A stretch of 60,000 nucleotides of DNA from Amphiscolops sp. MND2022 (GCA_964187785.1 OZ076409.1:80478001-80538000), one strand, 5' to 3'; shown: positions 36,160 to 51,100, numbered from the stretch's first letter. A program made the numbers and translations. Notes: a model not told the origin generated them from the letters alone.

Positions 36160-39100
36160 ATGAAATTTCATATTTTTGTAGCTTTAGTTTTGTGCAATTT
36201 TGACTTTATCACAAATGATTGCAATTATGATAGAACCGATGTCTACAAGTTAAACATAGGAGATAAACTCCGCCTTCCAAGTGGATGTACAGACAAGAAT
36301 GAGATCCAATCGATCGAATGGTTTTTCACGCTGAATGATAATGGCTTTTCACCCGAGAATGTGACATCTTTTGCAGTGCCCGACACGGGCGATCTTCTAC
36401 TGAACAGTTTGAAGGAAAATAACAACGGCAGTTACCATTTTGTGGTTCCAGCGGCTAAATCGGAACAGAAGCAATCCACAAAAATCCCTGTCATAGTAAA
36501 ATGTAAGTTTATCTTATCTGTTTTCCTTCCAATATTTAGTTTTCGATATCGTGTTGGATGTGTCCATTTTAGGGCAAGGTAAAGAAACAGACGTTTCTCT
36601 TTTTCTACCGAAATACGAGGAATTGTCTCTTGTGCGTGAAGTTAAACTTGTGTGCAATTTCTTGATAAACCCTAAGCCAACCAAAATTGACTGGTTGAAA
36701 GATGGCAAGATCTTGTCCAACAGCAGCAACATTGTCATAGAGTACGACGTTCTCACCATTCGCCAGCTCACCCAAAAAGATCTGGCTACCTATATGTGCC
36801 GAGTTAACAATATTTTCGAAGAGAGGCCTTTCCTGCTCGAAATTCCTAACGGTACTTTTATAATTTTCCAATCATGTAATTTGTAAGCTTACCACAGTCC
36901 GGCCAAAATATTTATCGCATATTGAATCTAATGTAGTCATTAACGTATTTTTCTGAATGTTATTGGACATTTGGCCAAAAAATCATGGAACTCGAATGTT
37001 AAAGTAGAGCTATTTTATTCATAAATGAAAACGATTTCCATTGTAATTTTTGTATTCAATTTTTAATGAAAGGCTTTGTTAACTGATAATAGCGGTTCAC
37101 CGTTAATAACAGATATGAAATTGAATAATAAATAACCTAGAACTGGTGAGAGGTGTTAACATTTGGTTTTGATTTTCTCTTCAGGACGAACGACCGTTAA
37201 AAGATTGGAGACAAGTACTTTGTGCCCGTTGATAGTGAAAGAAGGAGATCCTTTGTGGGTTCATTTCAGAGACGTTGGAGGAACATTTCTGTTGAACGGA
37301 AATAAACTATACTCTTCTAAAGGGTCAGTTACGTCATCAATCTTACCCATGACGTTTTTTCATCGGATAATTCTGTCGAATCGTCGCACTTTCGCGTGAT
37401 CTTTGCATATGCCCTAAAAGTTTGAGATGAGTTGAAGCTATAAATAAGTACCTCTCGACAAATAGTTCTGTCTTCCACTATATTGACTATATATACTTCG
37501 CAGTTCCATTTTTTACCATTTACTTTATCTGTTTCAGTTACTACGTGTTCCCAAGGAACGGATCTGTATATGTCACGGCGGCCGATCGATCGGTGAAGAG
37601 TATTGACCTAATTAGCGCAAAGTCAGGGATTGGACACTATTGTCCTATCAACGTCACATGTAAGTGTCACCTTCATTCGTCTACAAGTCTTCATATATGT
37701 CGAAACGAACTACTTGCCAAGTTCACTTTTCGTTTCACTTTCTTCATACGTTGGCATGTTCTTTCTTTCAAATATTCATAACTACCATCGGTAAATGGAA
37801 TTTAATTGAAACTCAACCCATTTAATGGCTTTGCCGCCATTCATCATTTCCCTATTCAAATTTCACCTGCAACAAAATAGTTTTGTGGAAACCGCTGATT
37901 CTCATGTTAAAACTTGTCGAGTTTTATAGAACCCTGACGTAATTGTCATAATCAGCATCTGTTTAAGAAGCCGCCTAGCGATGACACTTCAAAGTGAAAG
38001 CGAAGTAATTAAAAATAAAGTTGGTTTTTACAACATTTTTGATGCGAAAACAGGACCTTTGATGTTTGGAGAAGCGTCTATGTTGAGACATGAGAGAAAC
38101 GTGTTATACAAACAAATGAAAAGAATAGAAAAATGTAATTTGAGCCTAGAAACAAATATAATCCTTAGAATCTGGCTGCTTTTCACTTCACTCGTAGTCT
38201 TGTCCCGTCCAGTTCTGCTCTGCGGGATCCAAACAAAGGACGCCGTATTCTCTTTGCTTTCTGGCTCGTCTCCTGAACCACTTCTCTGCCTTGTGCCCGA
38301 CCGCGCAACCCATATCCACTATTTCCATCAGTTGAAGGTTCTTTGATTGCCCCCGTGTCGAAATGCTGTAGATGGTCATGCCATTTCATCTCGTGAAGAA
38401 ACCTTTGAACGGTTCGGTCGACGGCGCTGTGCAAGGTTCTATGAAAAAGTAGGCCAACGTTTGAATGGAAAACTTTGATGTTTACGTACAAGCCTACTTG
38501 AAATGAAACTGCTCTCTCATGTTGCAACTAATCCTAATTAGCCAGAAAAATCAAATGATATGACGAGCGCTTGCAGCAATATTGAAAACTGAACTGCTCG
38601 GCAAATTCCCGTAGAGCAAAGTCTGCCAAATGTCTTTATTGCCGATTTTTGTTTGCTGAAAAAAGAATTAGCAATTTACTTTCAACTTTTTCCGACTTAG
38701 CATTTGTTTAACTTTGACCGAATCTCGCAATCGCTTATTTCATCGAGCCAATTATTAATTGCCGGCCAATGTATCCAGTTACCTTCATTTTATTGGCCCT
38801 CTTGTTCGCCAAAAAATTAGTTTCTTCTAATAACTCCTCTGGTAAGCAAGTATCTATCTTGAAACTTGACTTTGTTCAATGAATATTTCCCCATTTTTTC
38901 GCAAATCAACCAAAAGAACAAATCGGCGGTTCTAAATTCAGTGTTACTGGTTGAAATCAACTAAACTTCATAGCTGCCCGTCTGCTGGGTTTGACCGTTC
39001 AGATGACTGCTTTCTCTCTAAATACGGTAATTACAGTACTCGGGATTAGGGATTAAGCTATTCAACAAATGGTCTAACCATATGGAGTTTTAAAGAAGGC

Positions 39101-42100
39101 CATAGTTTCAATTAGGTTCACATGTTTTGAAATAATTTTTTAAACACACACTGATAAACGATAAAGAAACGCCAACACACTGCACCAAAAATGGCTGAAG
39201 GCTTCGGTATTTGGTATAGCTTGAGATGTCATTTATCAAAACAATTTCAGTCTTATTTGATGGTAAGTGCTGATTTGGATATGGGTTTTTCCATTCTGAT
39301 GAATTCAATGATTTTTAGTCGGCGCTTCATGAAGTGGAACGCGACTATAATAGTAGCTTTTTTCAATCCACACGAACTCACCAAAATAGTTCTACAAAAT
39401 TTTTAAGAGGCCAAATTGTACCATTTGGCCCAGGGAACTGAACTATGATAGACGAGACTAAGGGGTCCCCTTCAATTTTTAAATGCAACAGAATGGGTGT
39501 TCAAACATTCCGAAGGGGTCCCCTCTTTTAACGCGCCAGCGCGGCCTTTGGGTTTTTCGCGTACCGTAGTCGAGAATACTTGACTTTTTGAAGTCCTTTC
39601 GCTATTTTTCAGACTTAAGCCGGTGCCGACTTGTGCCGTTCCCGGCTTGTTGAATGCGTATCTTAAGTTTTTGGGATTAATTTTTAAGTAGATTTTTTTA
39701 AAGGTTTTTAATCGGCGCTTTCATGAAATAACAAGATCGGAACGTCTAAAGTCGGTGCTACATCTAAGGCTCAAAAAGCGGAAATTTTTGGAAACATGCT
39801 CAGGACGTTTATGAGAAAGTCACAAAAAAACTTCGAAACACCAAAAGGGTACCTTTCGTGCTCAGAAAACGCTTCAGAAGTTCGGATATAGGGTGCTGAG
39901 ACAAATGCGAACGCTTTTTTGATCCTACGGCTCCTCCTCAGTAAAACGCAGATTACTTCGGATATAACGTCAAAAGTTCGGATATAGCGTGCTGGGGCAA
40001 ATGGGAGCGTTAATTATCGAACTACCGCTTCCCCCGTAGTAAAACGCAATATAGTTTGGATATAACGTTGAAAATTCAGATACATCGCAATATTTTCGAA
40101 CCTTTACCTCCAAAATTCGGACAGTCTAGAAGGGTCCGAATAGAAAATATTTGGTGGATATATATTCAGGAAACCTAATATCAGACAGAAAATGAGAATT
40201 TTGAACAGTCTTATAGTGCCAAAAATACAAAAGGGGGGCCTTTGAGATTTCATAACATCCGTTGTGGTGCAAAAAATTGAAGGGGGACCCTTCGGAGACA
40301 TTTGAAAATTTTCGGAACAAAGTCAGTGCCGAAAAAAATTGAAAGGGGGACCCTTCAGTCTCGTCCGGTTTTGCAAATGCACGAAAAAGTTTCTGGCTGA
40401 AGCAGGGACTCGAACTCACGACCGCTGTATTCCCTTAACCAAATGAAGTATGTGCTAAAAAGTGGTACATATAGAGGGTGAGCTCTGTGGTATGACGAAA
40501 AACAAGACGGGAACGTCTAAAGTCGGCGCCATATCCAAGGCTCAAAAAGCGCAAAGTTTTTGAAATTGTAGGAGGGGGGACTCGTTGGTCTTTTTGAAAA
40601 TCCAGTTTGTTGCAAAATATCAAAAAAAAAATGAAGGAGCGACCCTTTGGAGACATTGAAAAATTTCGAAAATTTAAAATTTTCCAAAAAAAACGAAGAA
40701 TGAGAATTTTTAACAGTCTCATAGTGCCGAAAAGGGTAAAAAGGGGCCCTTTAGGCTTATTCAACATCCATTCAGGTGCAAAACACCAAAAAATAGAAGG
40801 AGGGACCCTTTGAAGACTTTAAAAAATTTCGAAAAAAAAGTCTCACAAAGCCGAAAAAAGGGGCGGGGAAAGTCTCATAGCGCCGAAAATTTGGAACGGG
40901 GGACCCTTCTGGGTTTTGCTATTCAAGGTAGAGGCCTTTGGATGCGTTCAAAATCAAGTACTGAGTACTTTTGGTAAAAGTGAATCTTTCACAAAAAGTG
41001 GTACATACGCGATGAGTGAAAAGTCTGACGAAAAAAAACTAGCCAGTGTAATAGTCGGGCTCTTTTCACTAGAAAAGCGCCGACTAAAAATAGCCACTGT
41101 AATAGTCGGGCACTTTTCTTAGGAAAAGCGCTGACTAAAAACTGGTTCCAATATTGTATTTTTAAAAATGTTTTCAGTTAGGAAATAGTGTTTTCAAGGT
41201 CCACGTTTGGATTTTTCGGCACTGTTTGTTTTTCCCACTTATTCGGGTTTTAGTTGGTGATAGGCATTTTCGAGCCTGTGTTTAGGCCGTCCCGTCTTTG
41301 TTATTTTCCGCCCACATAAATGGGGGAGGAAAATCATGATCTGTGACGCGTTTTGTTTACTAAATATGCCAAAACCACTTTATTTCCACTCCTTTTATGC
41401 ACTTTGTTCAATTATGGTGGCTCAGTCAGGTTGTAGGTCCTGGGTTCGAACCCGGGCTGGTGCTTGATTTTTTTTGTTTCCCAGCCAGTAGGTCGTGCGT
41501 TCGAAACTCTCCTTCGCCATGCGTTTTTTTGCAATAAGCGTGTTGCTGAAAATATCCCGGTGCTTAGCGGGCGTCTTCTCAATTGAAACGTAAAATGGAT
41601 ACTGTTTTTTTCGAATTTAGTTGCTGTGATTAGGATTAGTTTTCAGATGAGTCATTTAGTGCATGGAATGAATGAAACATCTCTGGAATGCTTAAATCAA
41701 CATGTAGATCTTGGAAACGTGACAAACCGCAACCTGAGAGTACTCAATCTAGGGACCTTGCTGATGGGAATCAAGTTCAGAATGATTTGACATCTCCTGA
41801 GATAGGAGGAACAAGCCGGGACCAGCCCATGTGGGCGCCATATCTAAGGCTCAAAAATAGCAAAAGGACTTCGAAATGTCAAAGTTTTGGTGAATTGGGA
41901 ACGTTTTATGAAAAAGATAAACGTCTCACAATGCCAAAAAAACTGAAAGTGAGGACCCTTTGGGATTTTTCAACATCCATTCTGTTGCAAAACTCCAAAA
42001 AATTGAAGGGGGACCCTTTGGTGGAAAAAAATATGAACAAAAGTCGCACAGTGCCGAAAAAAAAAATTTGAAAGGGGGACCCTTTAGTCTCGCCCGGTAA

Positions 42101-45100
42101 TGTATGTTACGCGGAAAAAAGAAAAACCTTTTTGGTTTAGTTCCCTGGGCCAACAGGTGAAATTTGAAAATTTGTAGAACTTTTGGTAGAACTATTTTGG
42201 TCACTTCAGATGGTCTTTAAAAAAGTAAAGAACACTGACGAAAAGCAATGACTAAATCGGCTCTTTTTAGGAAAAGCGCCGACTTAAAAAATCGAAAGGG
42301 GCCCTTTAGTCTTGTTGGTTAAAAAAGAATGTATGCGTAGTGGACTTTTTACAGAAACTACCAAACTACTGTACCGGCCAAGTCTGGCCAGCGAAAACGC
42401 ATCTACGGCAGTGCAAGGGCCCCCTTTCATTTGAAAGGGGGCCCTTGCACTGCCGTAGATGCGTTTTCGCTGGCCAGACTTGGCCGGTACAGTAGTTTGG
42501 TAGTTTCTGTAAAAAGTCCACTACGCATACATTCTGTTATAAGGAAAAAAACTAGTCACTGTAATAGTCGGGCTTTTTTCTTTTTTCTAAAGGGAAAATG
42601 CGCCGACTGAAAACGCGACTATCATGGTAGCTTTTGGACGTTTTTTTTTCAATCCACGCGAACTGACCAAAATATTTCTACAAAATTTTCAAATGATCCA
42701 TTTGGCCTAGCGAACTCAACTTTATTTATTATCCTTTCTGTTATGTACAAAATATTGCACTATATCCGAATTTGTGATGTCGTATCCGAAGTATCTTTTG
42801 CTATATCCAATTTTTGACGTTATATCAGAACTTTATCGCGTTCTACTAAGGAGGAGGTGGATGTTCGAAAAAGTGCTCCCATTGGTCCCAGCACGCTATA
42901 TCAAAAACTTTTCACGCTATATTCGAAGTAAATTCCGTATTACTATGAAGGAGACTCAGCTTCGAAATAAAACGCTCTCATTCGGTCCAGCATGCTCATG
43001 CTAACTTTTAACGTTATATCCGAAAGGAAATTCGTTTTTACTAAAGAGAAGGCGGAGGTTTGAATAAACGCGTTCCCATTTGCGCAAGCATGCTATGTCC
43101 GAATTTTTGTCATTACATGCGAAATAAGTTGCGTTTTTAATATTTCTGCGATTGCAGGAATATTATTGTAATCCCAAGATATCTACTTTTTTTTCAGTAC
43201 AATTCTTCGCACGATACTGAATAATTCAGATATTTGTTTGACAGTGGCTATAAGCGTGAGAATTAAATTTTAAAAAAAAAGTAATTTGAAGGTATCACAA
43301 AATGGCAAACCAATGGCTGGCTCAGGTCAATTAATTTGAGGAGAGCCTCGCCTCCTCAACCATTTCGCTCATAGATGATTCTACAAGACAATCTGTCCGC
43401 CTCAAGGACCTGCATCCTCTTACACGCAGAGCTGACCTTTGTTCTTTGCTGACGATAATATCTGCGGAGGTTTCGGACGTTTTCTCACTAATCTTTTGAG
43501 TGAGCCTGGTTATGACTTTCGACACTGCCACTTTCGACAGCGCGAAACACTGCCACTCGAAGCGGCCCGAAAGTGCCGAGCCTTTTGAATAGAACAATTA
43601 AAGGACGAAGTACTAGTGGACAAAATATCACACTGGAAAATATCACACAAATAGTGGAAAAAAGTCACACTGTCACAAGGACAAAATACCAGACTTGACT
43701 GATGATGCGTGAAACCAACTCATTGACATAACCGAATTGGTCAAACGAGCATGTATTACTCGGTTTTTACTTGAGTCTCACACTAAACCAAATTTTTTAA
43801 TGCTTGCAAAAGTAAGGGGAGAGCGAAGGGTCCCTTTAGATTTTTTTGGTACAATGCGAGGGTGAGCTCTTTGTTACTTTTTGATCCTGTGAAACTGATG
43901 AACTTAATGATTGCGGAAAAGACATTTCAGCTTTTTTTCGCCTCCGTGCGTTTTTCCGAAACTTTCATTTAGTCTAAGAGTACCCCCTCGCTATCGTAGC
44001 TAATTTCAGCTTGAGAAACAATTGGGCGTCATAATTAAAAAAACCAGGATATCATTGAAAGTGTACAAAATCAGAAACTTTTGTTTGTCTTGTAGTCAGT
44101 CGCGCGCGACGCTGTGGCTGTCAATGAGTAGATATGCCTCAAGCCATGGTGATGACTAGGGCAACCGCGATTTGCCCTTTATTTTTTAAAATTTTGCCCT
44201 TTATTTGCCGCCCTTTATTTTAAAATTTGCCCCTTATTTGCCCTTTATCGGCACGCGTTTGAAAGCAAGGATTTAACAAAAAAAGTCAAATTCGTTTATT
44301 AAAGTGAAATGTTACAATAAATGCAAATGTAATTCTCGATATTTGTAACATCAAAATTACGGTCCTTGGCTAGCATCTTGTTGAGTTTGCTAAATGGTTA
44401 TTTCTGAGAAATGTGTATGCCTGTACACAAACTCGGGGCGACTCGTATTTCTCAGAAAAGGGGTGATTATATACGAAAAAGTACAAGATTCGAAGTATTT
44501 TGCCTTTTTTGCCTTTCATTAAACTTTTTGCCCCTAACCCGCATTTCTGCCGTTTTTGCCCCTATTGCCCTTTTGCCCTTTTTGGTTGCCCTAGTGATGA
44601 CACCTTTTGTTGCAATCGATCAACTGTAATTGGTACTTTTGCAGTAATTTTGCGTTGATTTCAATCATCGTTGAAAGTTGTACTGCAAACAATCTTAATT
44701 ACATCTTCATACCAAAATCTGTGATTTAGATTTTTAAAATAGCTGCATTTCCAAATTAAAGGGTAGAAATACAGTGCTTTAATATATATGCTTAAATAAT
44801 AGAATTACTAAAAATCCTCATTTTTACAAAAATACCGTGTAAGCTCCGTTGTCTGGATAAAAATAACTAGCCACCGTAACAATCGGGCGCATTTGCCGAC
44901 TAACCACTTTTCCCAGATATGACTGAATCCACGTTGAACGGCGAAATACTATTTTGAAGAAGTATTAATTCGCAAACAATCAAATTACAATCATAGTAGA
45001 GCTAATATCCGTGCTTCTGGCCCATGCCATTTATTTGCGAAATATTCCAAGTACCAAATCAGAAAAAAACTTAAAATTAGGTCTTCATCCTTTGTTGGCT

Positions 45101-48100
45101 TACCTTAAGTACAGCTCGGAAGTATTGGTTGAAATATCATTTGACCCCAATATCTATTACCTGGTTTTCCCAGTTTCGACACGTTTTTTTTTTCATTTTT
45201 GTTTCGTTTCAGACATGGACCCCCCGTCTTTGGAACCCAACACAATGTATTTCGGCGGAGGCAAAGTCACTGAAAGAAGTTTTCTGTGCACTGCTGGCGG
45301 TGCCAACCCGCCTCCCACGAAGTACGCCTGGTTTAAGAACGACCAACCGGTGCCCGAGGAAAGTGCTTCTACCAACTTCAATGAGCCCACTGTCACACGT
45401 GCGACAAATGCCATTATGCTAAAACTTCCAGACTCTTACAAACCAGTCCCAGGTGACAAGTTTGACTGTCATGTTGGTACAACGGAAAAGGCCATGAGCG
45501 TCTCATTAAAAATCATCTTTGGTAAGTACTCAGACATCATTTTTGATAATATTGTTCAAGTCTGAAGCAAGCTTAGGGAAGCGCAATTTCCTTTTAGCTA
45601 CTCCAAGTTTGTTAAATTGAAGCTCCGTAAAGTTGAGTGTTCAGTTTTTTTCCATTTTCACTGAAATGTTTTTTTTACCCTACCTTTTTGTATAGCTCTT
45701 TTAGTGCTCTTGATATTTCAAAAGCAACTCAATGTTTTTAAAATATCTACTTTTTTCTTGAAAATTATTCCTTGTCCTCTTACCCATAGTTGTCGAAAGT
45801 TTTGTTTCATATCTCAAAACGTGAATAAAAGTTTCTTTAAAGTTCATTTTCTGTTATAAATTAGTTTTTTTTGAAGTCTATTGTTTGTTTTAGTGAAATT
45901 TTCTCCAGCTGAGAAGACTTCGTTTGAGATAAAAGAGGGCGAGGAGTTGAGACTACAATGCATGGCCAATGGAAGTGATATTGACTTGTTCGAGTTTCGA
46001 TGGACGCCGTTCGATCATAATGCTGACGCATCTGTCAAGTCATTGGTTAGTTGATGCATCCAAACATCTGCTTGGCAATTTTCTACTCCCAATCATGACA
46101 AAATCCATCGTAATTGGAATGAGTTGCTTATCCTAACACGTCAAAGAAATCATTTCTGACCTTAGTTGGATTCAAACCTGTGACATTCTGTTTCCAAGCC
46201 TAAGGCTCTAACCAAAACAATTAGAAGGACTCCTCTAAGATAGCACGCGGAACTAGCCTAATACTTTCGCAGAAATTATAATTCATATGAATCTGACAGT
46301 TCTCTTGAGTGTTAAAAAAAGTCTCAGCTAAAGTTCTAAGTTGTTTCTTTTGAAATCGATATTTGGTTACGCTAATTTGGCTAGAAATGTTGTTTTGTAT
46401 GTTTCAGTTTGAGCGATCGCAGAGATCAGGCAATGGTAATGTTCTAACTCTGAAGAACGCGTCCATGGGAGATTCAGTGAAAATCACTTGCGGTGCTCAC
46501 GGCAAATTTTCCCAGATCTCTTCATTCACTCTGTCCAACACCCTAACGATTAACGTCTTGAGTTAGTTGGCTACTTCTATCACTTTCTAGTGTACTTTTA
46601 AGGTATTTGTAGTTATAATAGATTGGGATCTTTATATTTCCTGCGTTTATAACCTCTGTTGGTTGTTTTAACTGACACCAGTTGTCATTGTTTTTCTGTA
46701 CTTCTTCTTATTCGCTTCCACGGTCATGAGCAAAAAGCAGCAGCTCTGCTCTAATCACCCCTAATTGGCTGAATGAATGTACACACACACACTTTGCACA
46801 GTAACTGGGTCGTCGTCTATAGTCGCCGCTGCCGCCGCCGCCTTCAGAGCAAGAGCGGCCAAAATAGGCTTCACATAGATATGTTTGAATGTCTGTATGT
46901 AGGATAAGAAACGTTTTGTGTTGTAGTTACCGAAGGAATTTGGCCGGCCCCTCCCCTCAAAAGTGTACTACAGTTTTCCTACTCCAATTAAATCATGCGG
47001 AAATTAAGTTAGAAATACACGAAGTTGCTTTCCTTTCAGAGTCATGATCAAACTCTGTATGAGTAACACAAACCAATTACTCGTTGTGTTCGCTGGGTTA
47101 TCGTTTTCAAAATAATGGCAAAACCAAAAGGGTGTTTCATGTTAATGCAAACCATTTAACAACATGATTTGAGAAGATTAAGGCTCCGGAAACACTATCC
47201 CAACTAAACTTAGCTCGAACAAAATGCTGCGAACCCAAAATATATGCTCCAATTTTTCTTACATGCCTCCGGTCCTATAGTTGTCAGTTGTCGAATCAAA
47301 AATGAGAGTATTCAATATATAAAATATCTTGTATCACAAAGGTTTCCAAAATGAATGAGAAAGAAAAATTGACTTTTGGGTTTTATTCTTGACTAATAAT
47401 AATAAAATGAGGTTACATTATCAAATATTTTTTACAATTATATGGGCTCATAATATCATCGTTGAGATCCCTCCTGACTTTTGCATTTTTTTGTGATATC
47501 ACGCATGTTAAATTCACCTCTCTTTGATCCCAATGATGGCTCGATTCTCCTCATAGTAAGACATTACTAGTGATATTAAATAACTATTATGTTGTTGATG
47601 TCGGAAATATCTGGGCAGGGTTCTCTACATCATTAGTTGGTAACAGTGCTTGGCGATTTTTGGCATGCATTATTTGTGTTTTATCTTTTCATTTTGTTAA
47701 TCGGTCACAATTTTGAGTTCACTGCATTTTGTTCGGCTGTCCAGAAAAGAGCAACTTACATTGCAGAATCTTCCATGGTTTGAACAAAAAGAGGAAATTA
47801 GCATAGGATTGAACTACGAATAAAATGGAACCCAAATTACGCCTCAGTTGCATTCCCAGTGATAATAGTTCCTTTTCCTTTGTTTATAGCTACCTTTGTG
47901 ATTTAATTATGTGGCTATCTGCTCAGATAATGATGAAATAAAAGTGAATCTTTGAAATGGAAAGAAAAGCATCGATTTATTTTTGCGTCACTTCAATAGG
48001 TGGCAATGGTGCCAATGAAAGGCTCATGGTAAGACGGGATGTTGGTGATGCTACTGCAGATAATGCAGAGTCTTCTAATTTGCTACATGTTGCTGATGCT

Positions 48101-51100
48101 ACTGCGTCTGTCGACTCCACCTCCTCCGCTCATGCCAATGAAGGCGTGAATCATGTTGCTCGCTTAACAATCACCGATACCAACCAAAATCCCCCGGACT
48201 CCCCCCAAAATATGTCACCTCAAAATGACGAGCCACCGCCTTCGGCTCTTCAGACCGTTTCCAACGAATTGGACTCCGAGTCCAGCGATACAAATAATGT
48301 AGAAAGCGAAACCTCAAAGCCGAGTAATTAGTTTTCAATATGTCCTCTCTGAATGATCAAATGACCTGACCCCATCCACAATCCTTGAATTTTACTACCT
48401 TTCAATTGAAACAACCCGCTTTTGCTGTTGTCATCTCACATTTGAATGTCTGATTCATACTTTGCCCGTGCTACTAATTCCGTTTTTAGCTAATCACCTG
48501 ACGAATTCTTGTGATCAAATTGATAGCTTATCGAATGCGGAAAAGCCGCACGAACACGTTTTCCTCTTTTGTGCTGATTACCACCTAATTAACTGCAAGA
48601 ACAGGGATGCCTCAAAATGTAGAGATTGGAAAGATAATCAAGTTGCAAAGCTTTTAATTCTGCTTTTGATACCAGTACCATTAACGAGGATCTAACCCCT
48701 GGTGTAAGCTTTAGTCCTGGAATCACCGACTTTCAACTTTTATTGATGTTGTTCAGTTGGCAGCGCTAACCTCGATTGATTTTACAATTGATTGTAGATC
48801 CCAACTGCTGTGTTGCTCGCTCGCTTCTACTGATTGTTGCACTGACGCCCTTTAGCAAAATTGCATTTCAGGTTGTTTTTAGTTAGTCCTCATCGGATGA
48901 ATATTACTAGGAGATTTCTTCATTCTCATCTAATAGAAGAAACTTGAATCGAGCTGTCATTTTTGATTCACATCTCTAATAGCAGCAAAATTTAATTTAT
49001 GCATGGAAATCATTTAATGTCAGTTTAAAAGATGGATCGAAGGAATTGAAGAGCGGAAAAGTATTTTGATGTTCAAAGTATAAAAAAAGAATTCTTGTGA
49101 AAGTCGCAACCAACAAACGTGCATTTCAACTGTAGCGCGTATATTGAAAATTTATAAAATTTACACATGTTGTTATGTACTTCGAAGAAGGTATCAATAA
49201 AAACGTAGCGCTTCGCTTCAAATCGAAGTGCTCCAAGCTCCTAATAGTTGCTGACATTGGTTGGTTCTGTACGCATTATGAATTTGGATGCTTCGGTGCA
49301 AGCATGGGGATGCCATGGTGAAAGATTTTAATCATGCCTGGAGTAATAAAAGTAGTTTATATTTCTAATGTTGCTTCATGTTTGATTCTGCTGCTTAACA
49401 TCTTCATTACCGTCCTAGTGACACGGAATGTCTCAGTGTTCTATTGATTGCCGTATATTAATTTTGTTTGCTTTTTTGCAGAGAGGTTCAAGTTTTTGAA
49501 TCCAAATGTGTGGGAGAACAGAACGTTCGTTCATTACATAAAAGCGAACGAGACGAGCACCATTTCCTGCCAGGCTGAAGGCCCCGGAGACGTTGCACCC
49601 AAAATTTCCTGGTCTTACTTGGCAAGCAACAACAAAACTTTTCCTCGTGAAGTCTTCATTAGCCCAAACCTCACCACCACAACAGATCTGGTATTCAAAC
49701 AAGCTTCCACAGCCCAGAATGGGATGTACCAGTGTCTAGCAAGACTGGAAAACCCCGGTACTGCTCCGGAAGAACTCACCTTGAAGTTTGATGTCAAAGT
49801 TCTCGATGACAGTTAGTATCAAGAGTCTACTGATTATTTAAGTTCAACTTTCATATTCGAATGATTATAAAGGCCCCAAACGTCTTTCCTTATATTAAAG
49901 TCAGATATGAGCCCTATGCTCTTGACATAGTTCTAATAGTAACGAATAGTTAGTGTGAAATACTTGAATTTTACAAACGAATATTGGCAAATTGTATGCC
50001 GATGAAGTTCGCTCTTTACTGAGCTGGGAATTTTTCAAAAGACTGTGCATGGTTGATTTTGCTTCTAACTGACCAGTCGCTATTCGTTTGATTGATAATA
50101 TTGTTGTTCTTTGTCAAACTTCGGCCATTTATAAGCTACGCCTGCAATCTACTGCAAGTTATTGATACAAAATGCTATTGCAGCTTGGAAGTACTTCAAT
50201 GGATTGACAATCTAACAGCTTTCATCAACCAACACAGGAGACTTTTTCAATTTTTAATTAACCCTAGGCGCTGCATTTCAATTAGTCACCGATTTTTTGA
50301 CTGCAATCTTTTTGAATCTTTACAAGCTGGCCAGCAGTCTAGACCAGGTAATCAAATATGAATTCATTGCTCATTTCATCTTCGACGGACAGCCTTTCTG
50401 AAGGACAGTGGTCTCTTTCTTCTGTGTTTGCACTAATTTTTTATCAATTGATATGGTTAAGCTGTTATCATGCGTTCATCGTTTTCATGAATACACCTAT
50501 TGCTGTCTTTTTGTAAGGACTGGGTTTTGTTAAAAATTGGTTAAATTGAGCTCACGTCGTTCCAGTATTTGAGTATTTCTTGTTATACCCACAGTCCAGT
50601 TGAATTTGACCCCTCCCCCTCCCCGTAAGGCACAAAAGTAATGCAGTCACTGATCGCATATACTGAATCTACTAAGTGAAATAACGCGATGCAACTCTGA
50701 CTAACAAATGGCGTTAGAAAGGGTTGTAATAACAGTAAAGACTCCAAAGTTTGGAAAATGGTAAAATGTTACATTCATGTTTTCCACTTTTTGTCGAAAC
50801 GTAGTCCTACGTTTTCGCAGTTTTGTGCAAAATTGGCGTTTTAATTATGGAATTAGGACATGTGTACGATGTTGACTGTGGTAAATTTGTACCTTTTAAA
50901 TCTTTCCGTGGTGGATTGTTTTGCTTAGCTTCAACTTGTGAGCTGGCAATTAGTAAACGCTTTATCAGTCTCTTAGAACTAGTGCTTTCACGGCGCTTTG
51001 GTCAGGGTCGTTAGGATTCCTAACTTGCTGTGGTTGAATGTTGCTTTTGTAAATATGTAAAGTAAACTAATTCAACGATTCAAATTTTCTCGTTTTTGAT

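Larger units (their letters stand above)
39310..43130. repeat. Cluster of nested copies of the GCGCCGACT / AAGGGGGACCC / CGGATAT repeat family (PTK7 intron 4)
   Basis: Recurrent AGTCGGCGC/GCGCCGACT ends, GGCGCCATATCTAAGGCTCAAAAA blocks and GAAAGGGGGACCCTT blocks in both orientations. No coding capacity. Confidence 0.75.

Noticed and set aside
36160..37659. Separate secreted Ig-domain gene
   Set aside because: No stop-containing terminal exon. Phase matches the 45213 exon, and inclusion gives the canonical seven Ig domains of PTK7.
41415..41530. tRNA gene
   Set aside because: A and B boxes are only ~12 nt apart, with no anticodon arm or full acceptor stem.
40104..42204. Several 65-127 aa ORFs with KGPP/KGDP motifs
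   Set aside because: Chance frames through the non-coding AAGGGGGACCC repeat family.
43690..43750. CTGATGA-TGCGT-GAAACCAA...TTGGTC minimal hammerhead-like motif
   Set aside because: Stem III can form but stems I and II cannot.
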